From: Podarcis liolepis
Lineage: Eukaryota
Direction: 5' to 3' (one strand)
NCBI GenBank assembly: GCA_965112155.1
Contig: OZ218099.1
DNA: 64,000 bases
Shown: positions 27,925 to 41,058 of the stretch, in pieces
Position numbering within the stretch: position 1 is the first letter of the stretch
Layout: every line of letters starts with the position of its first letter
Program-made: the position numbers and the translations under genes
Notes under the pieces: generated by a model
Told to the model about the DNA's origin: nothing
Databases searched by the model: none
The model's input: the letters and a program-made list of their open reading frames with translations, nothing else

Positions 27925-28022
27925 GAGAAAGCCCTGTTCAGGGAAGTTTTTAATGTGTGGCATTTTTATGTATTTTTAATCTTTGTTGGAAGCTGCCCAG
28001 AGAGGCTGGGTGCAAATAATTA

Positions 28023-28069
<47 letters not shown>
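27925..28069 (+). mobile_element. L2 3' end with (ATT)n tail
   Basis: gccctgttcagggaagtttttaatgt...gctgcccagagaggctggg followed by (ATT)n; matches the reverse complement of the 31950-32050 segment. Confidence 0.75.
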
Positions 28070-28070
<1 letters not shown>

Positions 28071-28217
28071 GCTTACTGATGGCCAGGGAAAGTGGGAGGT
28101 GAGAATGGAGTGTCCATTCCCCTCTGCCAGACTGAGCACTAGCAAACTCATTTAGGGTACCCAGCAGAAAATTTGTTTTGCTCACCTTGAGTTCATGAAG
28201 GAAAAAGTTCTCTGGGT

Positions 28218-28400
28218 TCATAAGAAGAGCCCTGCTGGATCTGGCCAATGGCCCACCTAGTCCAGAATCTTGTTTTCCCAGCTAGAAGCCTATATGGGAA
28301 GCCCACAAGCCAGACCTGAGAGCAACAGCACTCTCTTCCTGCTGTGTTTTCCAGCAACAGGCATTCAAAAGCATACTGCCTCCAGCTGTAGAGGTAGAGA
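28218..28400 (-). mobile_element. CR1 3' UTR fragment
   Basis: cataagaagagccctgctggatctggccaatggcccacctagtcc...; a similar copy lies at about 44220-44380. Confidence 0.65.
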
Positions 28401-29519
28401 AGAGGCTTTCTTAAAGGGGGCAAACCCAGTTTGGTAGGCTACTTCTTCACAGGTGGGTAGTCAGCTCACCAACAGTCTCCCATCTCCTTGCTTGCTCACT
28501 GTCTGAATGGCTGTGCTGACGTGTAGCAGAGCCCCTGGCCATCACCATTAGGGTGAAAGCAGAGCTGGGGTCCTTTTACACACGCAAACAGAGTGTGCAA
28601 ATTTATTCCTCCGGATTAAACAGTCCACAAAAGGGTATGGGGATGGCGATGACGTTGTGCTTGATCTTCCCCCTCCCGTGCACACACGCGCCTGCTGTGT
28701 GTTGGAAGGCTGCCAGCTGTTTCGCTCCTTTGATCATTTATCTGCTCATCTGGCCTCCAGTCAGGAGGGCAGCTCCTCTCTGCCTGGTGCCCAATTACCA
28801 AGAAACATAGAAAGGGAGGAGTGTAAAACTCCTTTCCCCAGAGTCATCCCCGACCATTAGGATGAGGCATTGATTACATTTCAAATGTATTGTTTTCGGG
28901 GATGGTTAAAAAAACAAAACAGAACACCGAAAAACTCTACTGCCACCAGAAGGGGATATAGATCAATGTGACAAATGAGTCATCAATCAAAACACATTGA
29001 CATTGGTGGCTGCAGGCTGAAAAATTCAGCAAACGGGCACTTAGAGAGGGCCAAGTGGAAGTGTGTGTGTTTTATTCTCAGCTGCAGGACTAGCTGGTGC
29101 CCCTAGTCCCACCACCGCCACTGCTGCTGCAGTGCAGTTTCAAGAATACCTTTTCCACAGGCACAGCTACATTTGCAGAACCTGCAAGCAAGAAAGACTG
29201 TGTGGGACAGATGGCCCATCTACTTGGTTTCCGAGGAAATGGCTGCATCATGGACAGAGGGAGTGAACCCTGGGGAAGCAGAGGATGAGAGGTATTATTG
29301 TTATGAGATGGGAGGTTCTGTCATGACCCCCCCCCCCAGCACCTCAAGGATGCTACAGTTTCAAGGCTGGGAACTGCAGGACAGGAAGTCTTCCTGAGCA
29401 TTCGGACCTGCTGCCTTCCATCTGCTTTGGCAGGTGGCCCAGGTACACCCTTATCTGGGCACAGATAGTCTGACTTCTTCTGTTTATGCTCTGGTCAGTC
29501 ACCTGGGAAAGACGGTCTG

Positions 29520-29760
29520 AGCACATAACACCAATTCTGGCCTAACTGCACTGGTTCCCAATTAGTTTCTGGGCCCAATTCAAAGCACTGGTTTTGACCT
29601 ATAAAGGCTTATGTGGCTCAGGACAACAAGACCTCAAGGACCACCTCTCCCAACATGAACCAGCTTGGATCCTGCATTCCTCTTCAAGGCCCTTCTCTGT
29701 GGAGAGAATGGGCCTTCTTAGAGGTGGCTCCCCAGTTATGGAATACTTTCCCCAGGAAGT
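29520..29760 (+). mobile_element. Degraded L2 ORF2 fragment
   Basis: ITPILA*LHWFPISFWAQFKALVLTYKGL, homologous to 6793-7099. Confidence 0.7.
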
Positions 29761-30455
29761 CACACGTTTCTGGTTTAGGTTGTTTTATCCTTGTTTTTAA
29801 TGTTAATTTTTGTAAGTCACTTCAAGTTGTTGTTTTTTTTTAGAGGGAAAAGCAAATAATAAATATATAATTAACAATAATACATAGTAAAGATGCTGCC
29901 ACATGGTATCATGTGGCCTGGGGATCAAGGAAAGGGAAAGGGGAAATTACTTACATTCTTTTATCTCAGAGACACATTTTCAGCGATAGTATTATTCTCA
30001 GATGATAGCCTCCTTTTAAAGGAGAGCAGTTAAAACTCACCAAAAAAATGCCAAGCTGTGCATGGTTAGCACAGTTAACAGCCAATATTAACTTCCTCCC
30101 CATTACACACATCCTGTATATTTTATGGTATACATTCATTTTATGGTATACATTTTACACTGAACATAAACAGTAATGTACTGAACTGTGCATTAAATGC
30201 AGAAGCTAAGAATATAAAATGCTACATATTTCTAATATGATCGAGTTAATGTAGCTGTTGTCTTGGAACTTGCTGGCTACTGCCAGCAATCAGCAAAGTT
30301 CAGTCCTGTATTATACTAGCTTTATTGTTTAAACGTTCATTTAATATCAGAAAGAGGAGAAGGCAGGAATGAATTATCTGTACCTAATAAAAAAAATCCA
30401 ACAAAAGACTTCTGAATGAGCCTCAAAATCATCATCATCATCTAGGCCAAATATT

Positions 30456-31080
30456 CATAAAAGCAGATTTTTTTCAGCAGCCAGAAACATCATAACTAGA
30501 CACTGGAGAGACCTGTCAGAAGTAAGCATGGACCAATGGTACCAAATAGTATGGGAAACAACCTTACTAGAAAAATTAACCAATAAACTGAAACTGACAT
30601 GGGGACAAATAGAAGAAGATGCCTTCACCCCAATATGGCTCCCCTTTATCACATACACAGCCCAACAAGACAATGACAAGAATCCACCAACAGAATACAA
30701 ATCAATATGGCTAACCTGAACCAAACACCCCACTCACACATGAAAACAAAGACCACCACAGCCAATCACAAATGAACAACCACACCCTAGGCCAACCCCA
30801 ACCTCTCTCACCACCAAAGGAACACAAGTGAACAGCAGAAAACCTGCACAAGCAACGCTGACACCAAACCCTACATATATTAAGTAAAATAGAAACATTG
30901 CCACCCGACCCCACCCCCACTCACCTTCCCCCCCCCCTCCACCCCTTTCCCCCTTTTCTTCCTAACGTCTCAACAAATGAAACTGATTTGTAAAAATCTT
31001 ACATGGAAATAATATGAGAGAGAGACACTGCACATACTTTTGTAAATCAAGAAAATCTTTAATAAAAATACATTAAATAA
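30456..31080 (+). mobile_element. L1-clade LINE 3' end
   Basis: AARNIITRHWRDLSEVSMDQWYQIVWETTLLEKLT...FTPIWLPFITY resembles an L1 ORF2 C-terminus; then a 3' UTR, AATAAA and an A-rich tail. Confidence 0.75.
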
Positions 31081-31889
31081 ATGAATGAATGAATGCAGAT
31101 TTTGGCCAAACCTGGCTTAAGTAAGTCGTCCACCTCTCAGGCACATAATGTCCTGGTTCACACAACATGGTAAACCAAACTATGGCTTCCCAGGACTGTG
31201 CCAACTGCACAGAAGAGCTCACACCTGCTTTGCTCTTCCCCGGACATATTGCCTCAGTCTGCTGGATCAACTTTGGTTTTATTGTGTTGTCCAAACATGC
31301 GCTCATAGTTAAGCTTTGCTTTCCTTAGCCACGAGCAAAGAAAATGACCACAACTCATAGTTGCATGTTTGGCCTAGTAGCAAACCAGGGATGTACAGCA
31401 CGGGGGATCTGAGCATGTGAGGCCTTTCCACTGCTTTTGAAGACTTCACCATTTCAAATAATATTTAATGTTTAAATTTAAGCATAAAGCTTATATCTAG
31501 AAAACCACACCAACACATTTTAATGTGGTAAGCATGTGCACTTTTATCATTCTACCCCATCTCACTGATAGTTTTAATGTGGCTGTGAACGCAACCTAAA
31601 GTAGAAATAAAATCCATCAGCTTTCAGAGGATCGTCATCCTGCTTATCATCAGTAATAGCACTTTCCACACATTATCTCAAGCCATCTTTCCAACAATTC
31701 TGGAAGATAAACCTATACTGAAAATGGGGATGGGGGTGGCCAGGTGTGGCTGAGGGACTCATATCCATTTAAAGTGCGGACCCGTGTATGTTTAAGGAAG
31801 TCACGTTGAGTTTAATAGGGCTTACTCCTAAATAAGTGGGGAATGACCCAACTCTCATTAGGCCTGAGCAGCGCCAGGAATGATGATGA

Positions 31890-31907
31890 TGATAATAATA
31901 ATAGTTT

Positions 31908-31945
<38 letters not shown>

Positions 31946-32250
31946 ACCAATCTGGCTGGGTTTCCCCAGCCACTCTGGGCGGCTCTCAACAGAATATTAA
32001 AAACATAACAAAACATCAAACATTTAAAACTTCCCTAAACAGGGCTGCCTTTAGATGTCTTCTAAAAGTCAGATAGTTGTTTATTTCCCTGACATCTGAT
32101 GGGAGGGTGTTCCACAGGGCGGGCACCACTGCCAAGAAGGCCCTTTGGCTTGTCGCAGTGAGGGAACCGCCAGAAGGCGCTCGGCGCTGGACCTCAGTGT
32201 CCAGGCAGAACAATGGGGATGTAGACGCTCCTTCGGGTATACTGGGCTGA
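31890..32250 (-). mobile_element. L2 3' end with embedded (CA)n
   Basis: ORF 32016-32333 contains RAFLAVVPALWNTLPSDVREINNYLTFRRHLKAALF; (CA)n at about 31911-31944. Confidence 0.85.
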
Positions 32251-35200
32251 GCAATTGTGGTCCAGAAACTACACCCAGAGGACCACAGATTCCTCACCCC
32301 TAGGCTACAACACAGCAGCTCTAGGTAACACACAACTGTATTGCCTCACCGAACTCAGTGGGACTTACTTTTGAGGAGGCCTGCATAGGAGTGTTCTGCT
32401 AGCTGAAGTGAGATTAAAAATTCCTGACACACAGTATTTTCACTGCTGCCTGCTATGCTGCATCGCCATGCTGCTCACTGTGCATTATGATAATGACTAT
32501 ACCCGTAAGAAAACTTTGGGACCCACATCTCCTTCCCCTAAATATTACTATTTTCAGAATGCAGTATGCAGTATGCAGTGCACGTTACCAAGTCTGCAAG
32601 TTCACTTTCCAGGTGAGAGACAGACAGACTTGTGCCAGCCAGATCTGTTCTGGTGGTGTCACTTACCTCTGTGTCCACATGACCAAGCCCAGCCAGGACC
32701 TCCTTTAGCTGTCGCTGACAACACAATCCTCTTGCATGTTTGGGGTATGACTGCAGCTTTTTCCTGAGAGGGAAAGGTAACAACAGACGGAAACATCTGT
32801 GCAATTGAGACTGCATGGCCATGTTGTCATATAGCTGAATTGTTGGGGGGAAGAATCGATCTTTGTTTTCAGGACAACGCTGAACACAGCAGACAGACCC
32901 TATAATTGCAAGCTACATTATGCCTTATTTTATGTTTGCAATTTGCTCCTACACCAAATTTCCTGAAAGGCACAGAGAAGTGCCAGTTATCAAGTACCAT
33001 CCTGACCAATTAATGGAGCAAAGTGCCTCATTAGTGCCTCCCCACCCTCCCACTGCTGTGCAGCAGCCCATCATGTAATCTGCACAGCTGCCGAGCAATT
33101 TAGGCCTACAGAAAAGACCTTATCAACTTAGTGCAGAGTTATTTGCTACGGAGTAACTGCAAGCAATTCTCATACAAAAAGTGCTGTGCAGGTCAAGTGA
33201 TCAGCTGCTTTGCCACAACAGGAGATGCTGAAAGGCTTATGAAGCACTTTGCCCAGAAAGGAGAAAGGGCCATTGTCTTAAGAAAACAAGGCTTTTAGCA
33301 CAGGGAGAAGTTTCACTTAAGGCAACATCTTCTCTCGATATAATTGCTTTATTTTGGTCTCCTGTTTTTCCTTAGCTCCACTGTTTATTGAAGGAGGGCA
33401 CCTTGCAATTCACAGTGAAGGGAGTAAGTTTATTATATGTTGCCGAAATAGTTGACCAGATGACTGTATGTTAATTTAGAGTATATCCACATGGCAACAC
33501 CCAGGCCACACCCAGGTCCATATGAAGCACCTGCAGCATAACAACACACAGGCAAATGTGTGCAAACAAAATCAAGTATGCAAATTAAGCAGGACATAAA
33601 GCATGCACATTTGCACCAAACAGAAGTTCCTATATCTCAGGCAATGTGGGACCCTGCTGCCGTAGCTCTTTATGACAGCTGCAGCAGCCCTCCTGTATGA
33701 TGTACGCCAGGATTCTCAACTTTATTTGTTTGTTTGCTTGACTGATTGATTGACTGATGAAGCAGCATCGATGTTCATGGTATTTTACAGATTAACATAA
33801 GCAAACAGAGACTGTCAGGGGACTGCTGGGTCTGTGTGCAGCTCCCCTGTGTGGTGAACCTTTGAACTGCAGGTGGCAGCTTCTCAGTGAAGTACTTTCA
33901 GGAACTCCTGGGAAAGATCCCATGCTCGATGCTGCCACTGGAGCCTCCTGGAAAGGAAGGTGCCTAAGAGGGCATGGGCGTGGCCAGGATTTATATTATG
34001 GGGGCAGGATCAATGTTAGGGGCAGCAGAACAGAGCTATCTGCGACGCGATTAGTCAGTTAGTTAAGCATTTTTATTTATTTACTTAATGCGGGGAGCAG
34101 CCCTGTTTCAGCCTAATCTTACTTGGGCAAGGTCTTTTCTGAGCTCAGCTGCATTCCTGTTTATCCCTCCATTTTGGCCTCCAGTTCTGACTCGCTCATT
34201 GGCTCTGACTTGCTCACCCCATGGCTCCTGGTTCCTGGCTCCCAGCTCACCTCAACCAATGTCTCACCCTGCACACTATCTAAATATAGACAGCAGGACA
34301 AACAACTGAGAGGCAGAGAGGGAAGAGAAGGAGGAGGCAATGGTAACAAATCCTAGAGACAGAAAAGGAGCCGAGATGCAAAAGAAACAAGGGAGAAATT
34401 GTGAGCCAATATTTGCTGGTCAGGAAACGATAACACCCTCATCCTCTTCTACCTGCACAGGGCAGGTCTCTAGTTTTCCATCAAGATGTTACCCCATTCA
34501 ACCCAACCTCTGCCAAGCCACTGAAGCCACAGGATTCATCTTTGGCTGCCTGAAGAATATCTCCAGTCCCTTTCCTGACTTTTCAGCTTTCATGTTTAAA
34601 AAAGTAAATCTCTAGCTCCTTTCTCTCAGGGAGATGAAGGGGAAATATATGCGCGCAATGTGCCCAATTGATCACTCAGAAATGAATCTGCTCCTGGAAA
34701 TCAATGGGACTTACACATGCTTTGCTTGGGCTGGAATGTGTGCAAAGACTGCAAAGGGCTTTGCAAATGAGAAATTCTATTTTGTGGTGTGCATGATTTT
34801 TCTTTATAGAACCTGAGATCCACCAATAGGATCCCAGTGGGAAGAAAAGTGACTGGGGTAGGGGACTAGTGGATACACCCTTAGAAGAGATTATTTCTTG
34901 GCATATCCTCAGCCCAGGAATTTGTTTTCAATAAAGAAACCCAGGGGCATAGCATGGGTTGCCAGTGTCCAGGGCAAAGCAAGTATTGGGCCCCCAACCC
35001 ACGGACCGTTAGCACTCCCCAAGTCCCTTCCACCAGCCCAGTATTGAACACCTTACCCCCAGTACATGCATTTATTTTAAGAAAATGCTGGTGTTCTATG
35101 CTTCAGTCTTCAACAGCATAATTTTATAAAGTCTGCAGCACCAAATCAATCAGTCATTTTATTTGTATGCTGCTCTTCCAAAGTTAAAACCATGTTCAAG

Positions 35201-36569
35201 GCACGCTACAACATACAAAAAATTACATAACTACAAAGGTAGTCCTAAACAATAAACAAACATCAAAAAGTATACAAACAAATTTAATAATTTCTACATA
35301 ACAAGTTGGGCAAGAGATTCCTGCACTGTAGGGGGCTGAACTAGATGATCCTCATGGTTCCTTCCAACTGTACAATTATTTGAGCCTTTGATTTTAAATC
35401 CTAAGATCCAAAATAAAGATACAAAAAAGTAGCATACTATTACACACTATTACAGTCCACTGCCTAGCAATGTTTTTCCTGTATCTCTGCTGTATTTTGC
35501 TTCTGAAAATTAACATCAATAACAGCAACAAAAAGCTCTAGCAAAAACCCCTAAATGATATCCCAGCTCTTGTCTGCTCAGCAGCCCCAGCTTTCGTAGC
35601 TGGAGTCCGTCAGGGCCCTGCCCTCCCAGGCCAGGGGGAAAAAGGCTTGCAAGACACAGAGCAGGTCTTCAGGGACTCACAGGTGCCAATAGTACACTGC
35701 CTGCCTTCTTACTGACATCCAGTATTAAGGCTGGCTTCATCCTTCTCCTCGGTTTTGGTGTTGCCTTTGCAGAACTCAGCATGGAGGAGTACGTAAAAAA
35801 CTAGAATTACTCGGTTTTGTCTGTCGTTGGCTCTGACTCCACATCCTGTCACTCTCCCTGCCTTCCACCGTACCAGTCTCAAAGGGGACCAGCTGCCAGT
35901 GCTTCCCCACAAACTTGCTATATGAGCCAACTATTGCCCCTTGGCCACCAATTATATGGTCATCTATGAGGAAAACAGCTTCTACCAACAAATGGGCCAG
36001 ACTCTCTTTGACATTCTCCTACACAGCAATTTGTCAGTGCTTGCTTTCCATACTTTCATTATCCTACAACAGCTTCTTAGAGGTATTCCTCTCTCTTAAT
36101 ATTTGAGTTGCTGGATGATTAGGGGGTGGAGGGAACAGTCCTAATATTTCATGAACTCTGGGACATATTGTAATACAAATTGCAACCCACTTCTCTAAGG
36201 AGTAGAAGCTCCTGGCAAGAAGCCACAGCCTCCAAAACAGCAATAAACGTCTTTGTTTGTCTCCAAGTTCCAGGACACAGCTAAGCAGAAAAAGATTATC
36301 AGGGACTGTGAATGATTGTGTAATCCACAAATGCACTTTATTTGATTAAACGATAAAAAAGGAACCTTCCCACAACAGCAACATATGCTATAATTGTGGC
36401 CCGAGGCAGGGGTAATCCGCTAAATCAGGAGCCATAGCAGCAAGGAAATTAAAACCCCAATCCTTTCGGATAGGAAATTGTTTTCTGCCCTATGTGTCCC
36501 TGTTGGGCCACACTAATCTCCCCAGGTACTGGGGCATCAGGGGTCATTGGCATTTTGGAGAGCCTGGTA

Positions 36570-37180
36570 TTTTCTTGTTGCCATCTGTCTGTCTCAAGAG
36601 ACAATGGAGTGCGCCTCCAGGGGTGAAGTCAAACTGCTGCATTAGCAGCACTGGTGACCTCCCGAGGCGCAAGTCTGGGCAGTGTGTATGGAGGTCCTGG
36701 GCTGCCCAGATGACAAGACCTCCCTCTCACCCTCACTGATGTGGTCCAAAGGAAAGCAGAGCAATATGTTTGGCACCAACCTGGCTGCAGGAGTTGGTGC
36801 CAAACATATTGCCTACAAGGCGCCACTCAACCATCTTAGAGACTCCACTCCAGATTTGTGTATGGTTTACTCTGGAACCTTTTCTTCTCCCAAGATATCC
36901 TGCAAGGCAGCGGAGGTTTAGGATCACAGTTTTCCTTCTCCTAGATGGGCAACCTTCCCAGGTTGATCAGCCCCATCTGCCCCTCTCTTTCTTCTACAGC
37001 AAGTGCAGAAACTGCCTTCTTTACCGTGGGACCCTTGTCCTCCAGAGCCCTGTCTTTGCATGCAGGGGAAGTCCTTCACACATCAAGAGTTTGAGACCCA
37101 TGGGTTACCCTCACCTGGCTTAGCCGGCTAGGTGAAGATGTTTCCTGGGTTGTGGCCACTGCCGCATGCTCACAGCCTGG
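36570..37180 (-). mobile_element. RTE-related non-autonomous retroelement
   Basis: Segments such as gttttccttctcctagatgggcaaccttccc and ggttaccctcacctggcttagcc resemble RTE 5' UTR-derived elements (recall only). Confidence 0.55.
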
Positions 37181-38945
37181 AGTAGCAGCAGAATAGAGCT
37201 TCTTACTTTGAACTGAATGGAGCAAGTCCCCCTGGGAGCAACAGAACTCAATGACATTCCATTGGCTCTCACGATGAATGAGTTAACTCATGGGCAGTAT
37301 CTGATTACTTTTTGAGAACCGTTTAATCTGTTTTTATGGTTGTATACCACTATGGTATTTGTTTTAACATCTAGCAGCTTGTAAATATTCCAGATAAACA
37401 AATAACCTTGTGATCCAGTCCCCAACCACTGGAAATCATACTGAGTCACCCTTCCACGTTTCTGAGATTTCAGCAGGCATTGGCCACATAATCCAAAACA
37501 CGCTTTTCCAGCCAGCAGCACTAGAAACACACCTGCACACACTTTTGTACTTCTTCTGCACTCCCTACAGAATATTGGCAAATGCAGAGTCTGCTGCCTA
37601 AAGGTGTGCCTTCCTAAGTAAGAGACGGAACAGGAATCCTGGGTAGCCCAAGGGAAAGTTGTCCTTCCTTCCCCCTGCCCCTCCCTAACCTGCTTTGTTA
37701 CTAATTTGTCCTGAAGCTTAGAGCACTGGCACTTTGCAGCATCATGTGCACAGTCCTGAGTGCGCCAAAGTAATCTTCTTAAGCTGCGTGCAGGGGCTGA
37801 GCATCGAACAAGCTCCATTCTCAGCGGCTACTCTGAACAGCTTAGCCATTAAAGATGTCATTAGAATCAGCCTCTTCTTAGACTTAGCAAAAGGGCAGGG
37901 AGGCAGGGGTGGGGGGAAGCGCCGTTGCTAACTGGATGCAAAGCTCCCGAGTCCTGATTTACGGGCTGCCGGCTATTGTTCTTATGTCACAGATGTCCAG
38001 AAGGCCTTAATGTGTTAAGGAATAGGCTTGGGCTGCTTGTCTGGAGCAGCTGCACCTACTTAATAAGCGCACAGCCCGTTTTCTCATGCTCTGTGCCGCC
38101 TGCCGACTCGGCTGGCTCTGTGCTTTGCGCTTCGGCATCTTCTTCCCCTAATAAACTGAACATCACTGTGTCGTCTCTCTCGGTGCCTCGTCTACCTGGC
38201 ATCCTGATCTCCCAAACAGACCATTCCTTGATTCCTGTGGGGTATTTCCTGGCCCTAAGTATGCAATGGATAGGCCCTGTGTGCTACAAGTCGGTCCTTT
38301 CCATTCTATAGCTCAAGCCATTTTGATTCTGTATTTTATTCTTACATTTCTATCCCACTCTTCTGTGTGAATGGGGCCATTGAAACAACCAAAACATCAC
38401 CAGATTAAAACCAAGGAAACAAAACAAAACTACATTTAGGCCATCAATGGAAGTAGTAGAGTTACGACACCCACAGGAGATGGCTGCCCACCATATTTCT
38501 AGATAGATTGGTTCCATTATCAAACTGCTCTTCGTGTAAGTAAGCTTATCTTAGCTGAAATCCACCCTCCACTGACTTAAACTTAGAGAGGGACCTTCCT
38601 TGAGTCAAACACACATAGGGAAAACCACAGAGCAATTCCCCAACCACATCACAGCGGACTAAAGCATTTTTCCCATATGAGGATGCAAACCAGCAGACCT
38701 CTGGAGTGTGTTTGTGGCTGCATCCACTAGAGCTGCCTAGTGGATGGGGAAGAGTCCTTCGAAGCAGGTGGTGAGTGACTTTCCTTCGGATCAAGACTTG
38801 GGTCCCCAGATGAGGAAGCAGGGCTTCCAAGTCCCAGAGTATCATACCTATCAGCAATAGCAGGCCCTGAACCAAGACAGTTGATTACTGGCAGACTGTT
38901 GTGGCTTTCAATATTTTAGTTTTAACTGCTGGCTTGCTCTAACAG

Positions 38946-38946
<1 letters not shown>

Positions 38947-39003
<57 letters not shown>
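38947..39003. repeat. Compound (GT)n(GA)n microsatellite
   Basis: Directly visible. Confidence 0.95.
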
Positions 39004-39006
<3 letters not shown>

Positions 39007-40884
39007 GGGTGGCCAGGACATCTGATGCATCAGTTATGCCACTTTGCATAACATTTTGCATAGCTTTGCAGAGAGTACTTTAAAAAAATATTTTTCAGCC
39101 TCTGATCTCTGCTTAGGCCCCCTGAGTTGCTCTGCTTCTGGCACACACAGATCCTGTCTTCTTCTCATCTCACTGTGCTGCTGAGCTTGCCTCAGATCAG
39201 ATAATGGAGAGGGGGAAGTGGGGAGGGGCACTGAGCTCCCCGCTCCTTGCCCCTCCCACCTTCCCCTCTCAATTAAAGTTCTAACTCCACTGACCAGGAA
39301 GTAAGCCTCACTGAATTCAATAGGGCGTACTTTTGAGTAGGCGTGGTTAGGACTGCATTGTGTTTCTGTGCAAAACTGAAGCTGTGACATGTCCAGAGCA
39401 GGTTGCGCTTTTTGTGATGTTTGTTTTATTTAAAAATGAGATAAACAGACTGCCACCATCTCCTCTCCCCCCCCCAATAGCAACACCATAAAATAAATAA
39501 CATACAAACATGTTGAAAATGCAGTGTGCACTTCAAGCAAATAATTTCTTTGAAATTTGAAAGCTCTGGTTGAAATAAATAAATCACTTGACCAGAAATA
39601 TACAGGAGCCCTTCTGCAGAAGCAAAAGGGAACACAGAAGCAGAAGACGTGAAGTTGAATGACCCACACAGGAAACCGTGGAGCAAAGCAACTGACAACC
39701 CCTCCTTGGGAGTCGGTTGCAATTGATATTTCTCTCCTTTTCAGAGTATCCCTGGTATGAGAAAATCTGGATTGAGGGAGGCAATCTGTGGGAAGGCAGT
39801 GATTGGAGGAGAACGATGGAGAGCTAATGGAGGCACCTTCCAAATTAAACTGAGCCCTTTGTGCCTGAGCAGCAATGAGTTGCCCCAACTAGCGTTGACT
39901 GCTGAACCATAGGCCTGGTACCCTGGCTGCCTAGGCTTTGCCATTTCCTGTACCCCACACACTGATGGCTATCTCCCTGGGCCTGTCCTGTTGCTTGCTC
40001 CACATTCCTCCCTGTCCCCACCTTTTGACAGTTCACAGCCATATGCCACAGACAAAGAGGGCTGCCAGCGCAGATGTGGCAGCTGCTGTATCTGAACGAC
40101 GGTTCATCTGTTATGTTCTGCATGGATGTAAAGTGTGGGGCTGAAAGGCAAAGGCCAGAGGCAAAGCTCCTCTTGGGCATGCTGTGTAATAGTTACAGGT
40201 CACGAGGAAAGGCCTGTGGCTTCCAGGTCACCACAAATGGAGCCTTGTGCCTGCCACTTCGACCGGCCTGCCTCTTCTGGGACTCCCCTTTGCTCTTTGG
40301 GGATGTTTAGAGCGAAGCCACGGATCCATTAGCTCATAGTTAGCAGAGCAGAGGTGGGAGGTGGGCAGAGGCTCGAAAGAAGCGCTATGGCCAATGCTAA
40401 ATTACACCACCCAGAATCTGTGTGATGGATGTCAAAACCAATTTATCACAAACTGAAGTCATTTTCGAGAAATAATGTCCTAGGAAAGCCGAGTCTCCGA
40501 CTCGCACTCCGTTCAGTAAATCACATGGAAATGCATCCACACCGCTGGTGATAAGCAGGAAGGCCTTTGGTTGCCAGGATTCCTGACCTCTCTCTCGCTC
40601 TTTCCGCCCGCTCGTGTGACACGCCAGCTATACATAGGAGATTTTTAACAAGTCTGGCGCTCAAGTGTTGATGGGGATGTAAGTAAGCTAGCTATGATGG
40701 CTATGGCCAGATGCCTACATTGCAGTTCAAATGGTAAGGAAATGCGTTGACTTGTCTATACCATGAATTATAATAACTGAGAATGAATGCAGCAGTGCAA
40801 AGACAGCTTTGGGCCAGATGATGCTGTAGTTATCTTTGCTGCAGCACACTGCCTGTATGTAGTCTTGCAGCCACAAATCTAGTG

Positions 40885-41058
40885 TGGCCAGTGTGGCGAA
40901 ATGGTCAGAGTGTTGGACTGGGACCTGGTTGAGAAGGGTTCGAGTCTTCACTCAGCCATGAAGCTCACTGGGTGACCTTGGGCAGTCACCATCTCTTAAC
41001 CTACCTCACAGGGTTGTTGTGTGGATGAAATGGGTGGGGGGAGAACCATGTACACCAT
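40885..41058 (+). mobile_element. tRNA-derived SINE (MIR/Squam3-like)
   Basis: A-box-like tggtcagagtg, B-box ggttcgagtc, core gctcactgggtgaccttgggcagtca..cctacctcacagggttgttg. An inverted relative lies at about 51680-51945. Confidence 0.75.

Noticed and set aside
37090-37190. Possible HDV-like ribozyme at the 5' end of the RTE-like element (GCUAA motif on the minus strand)
   Set aside because: I could not build the nested P1/P2/P3/P1.1 pairing by eye; it needs a descriptor search.
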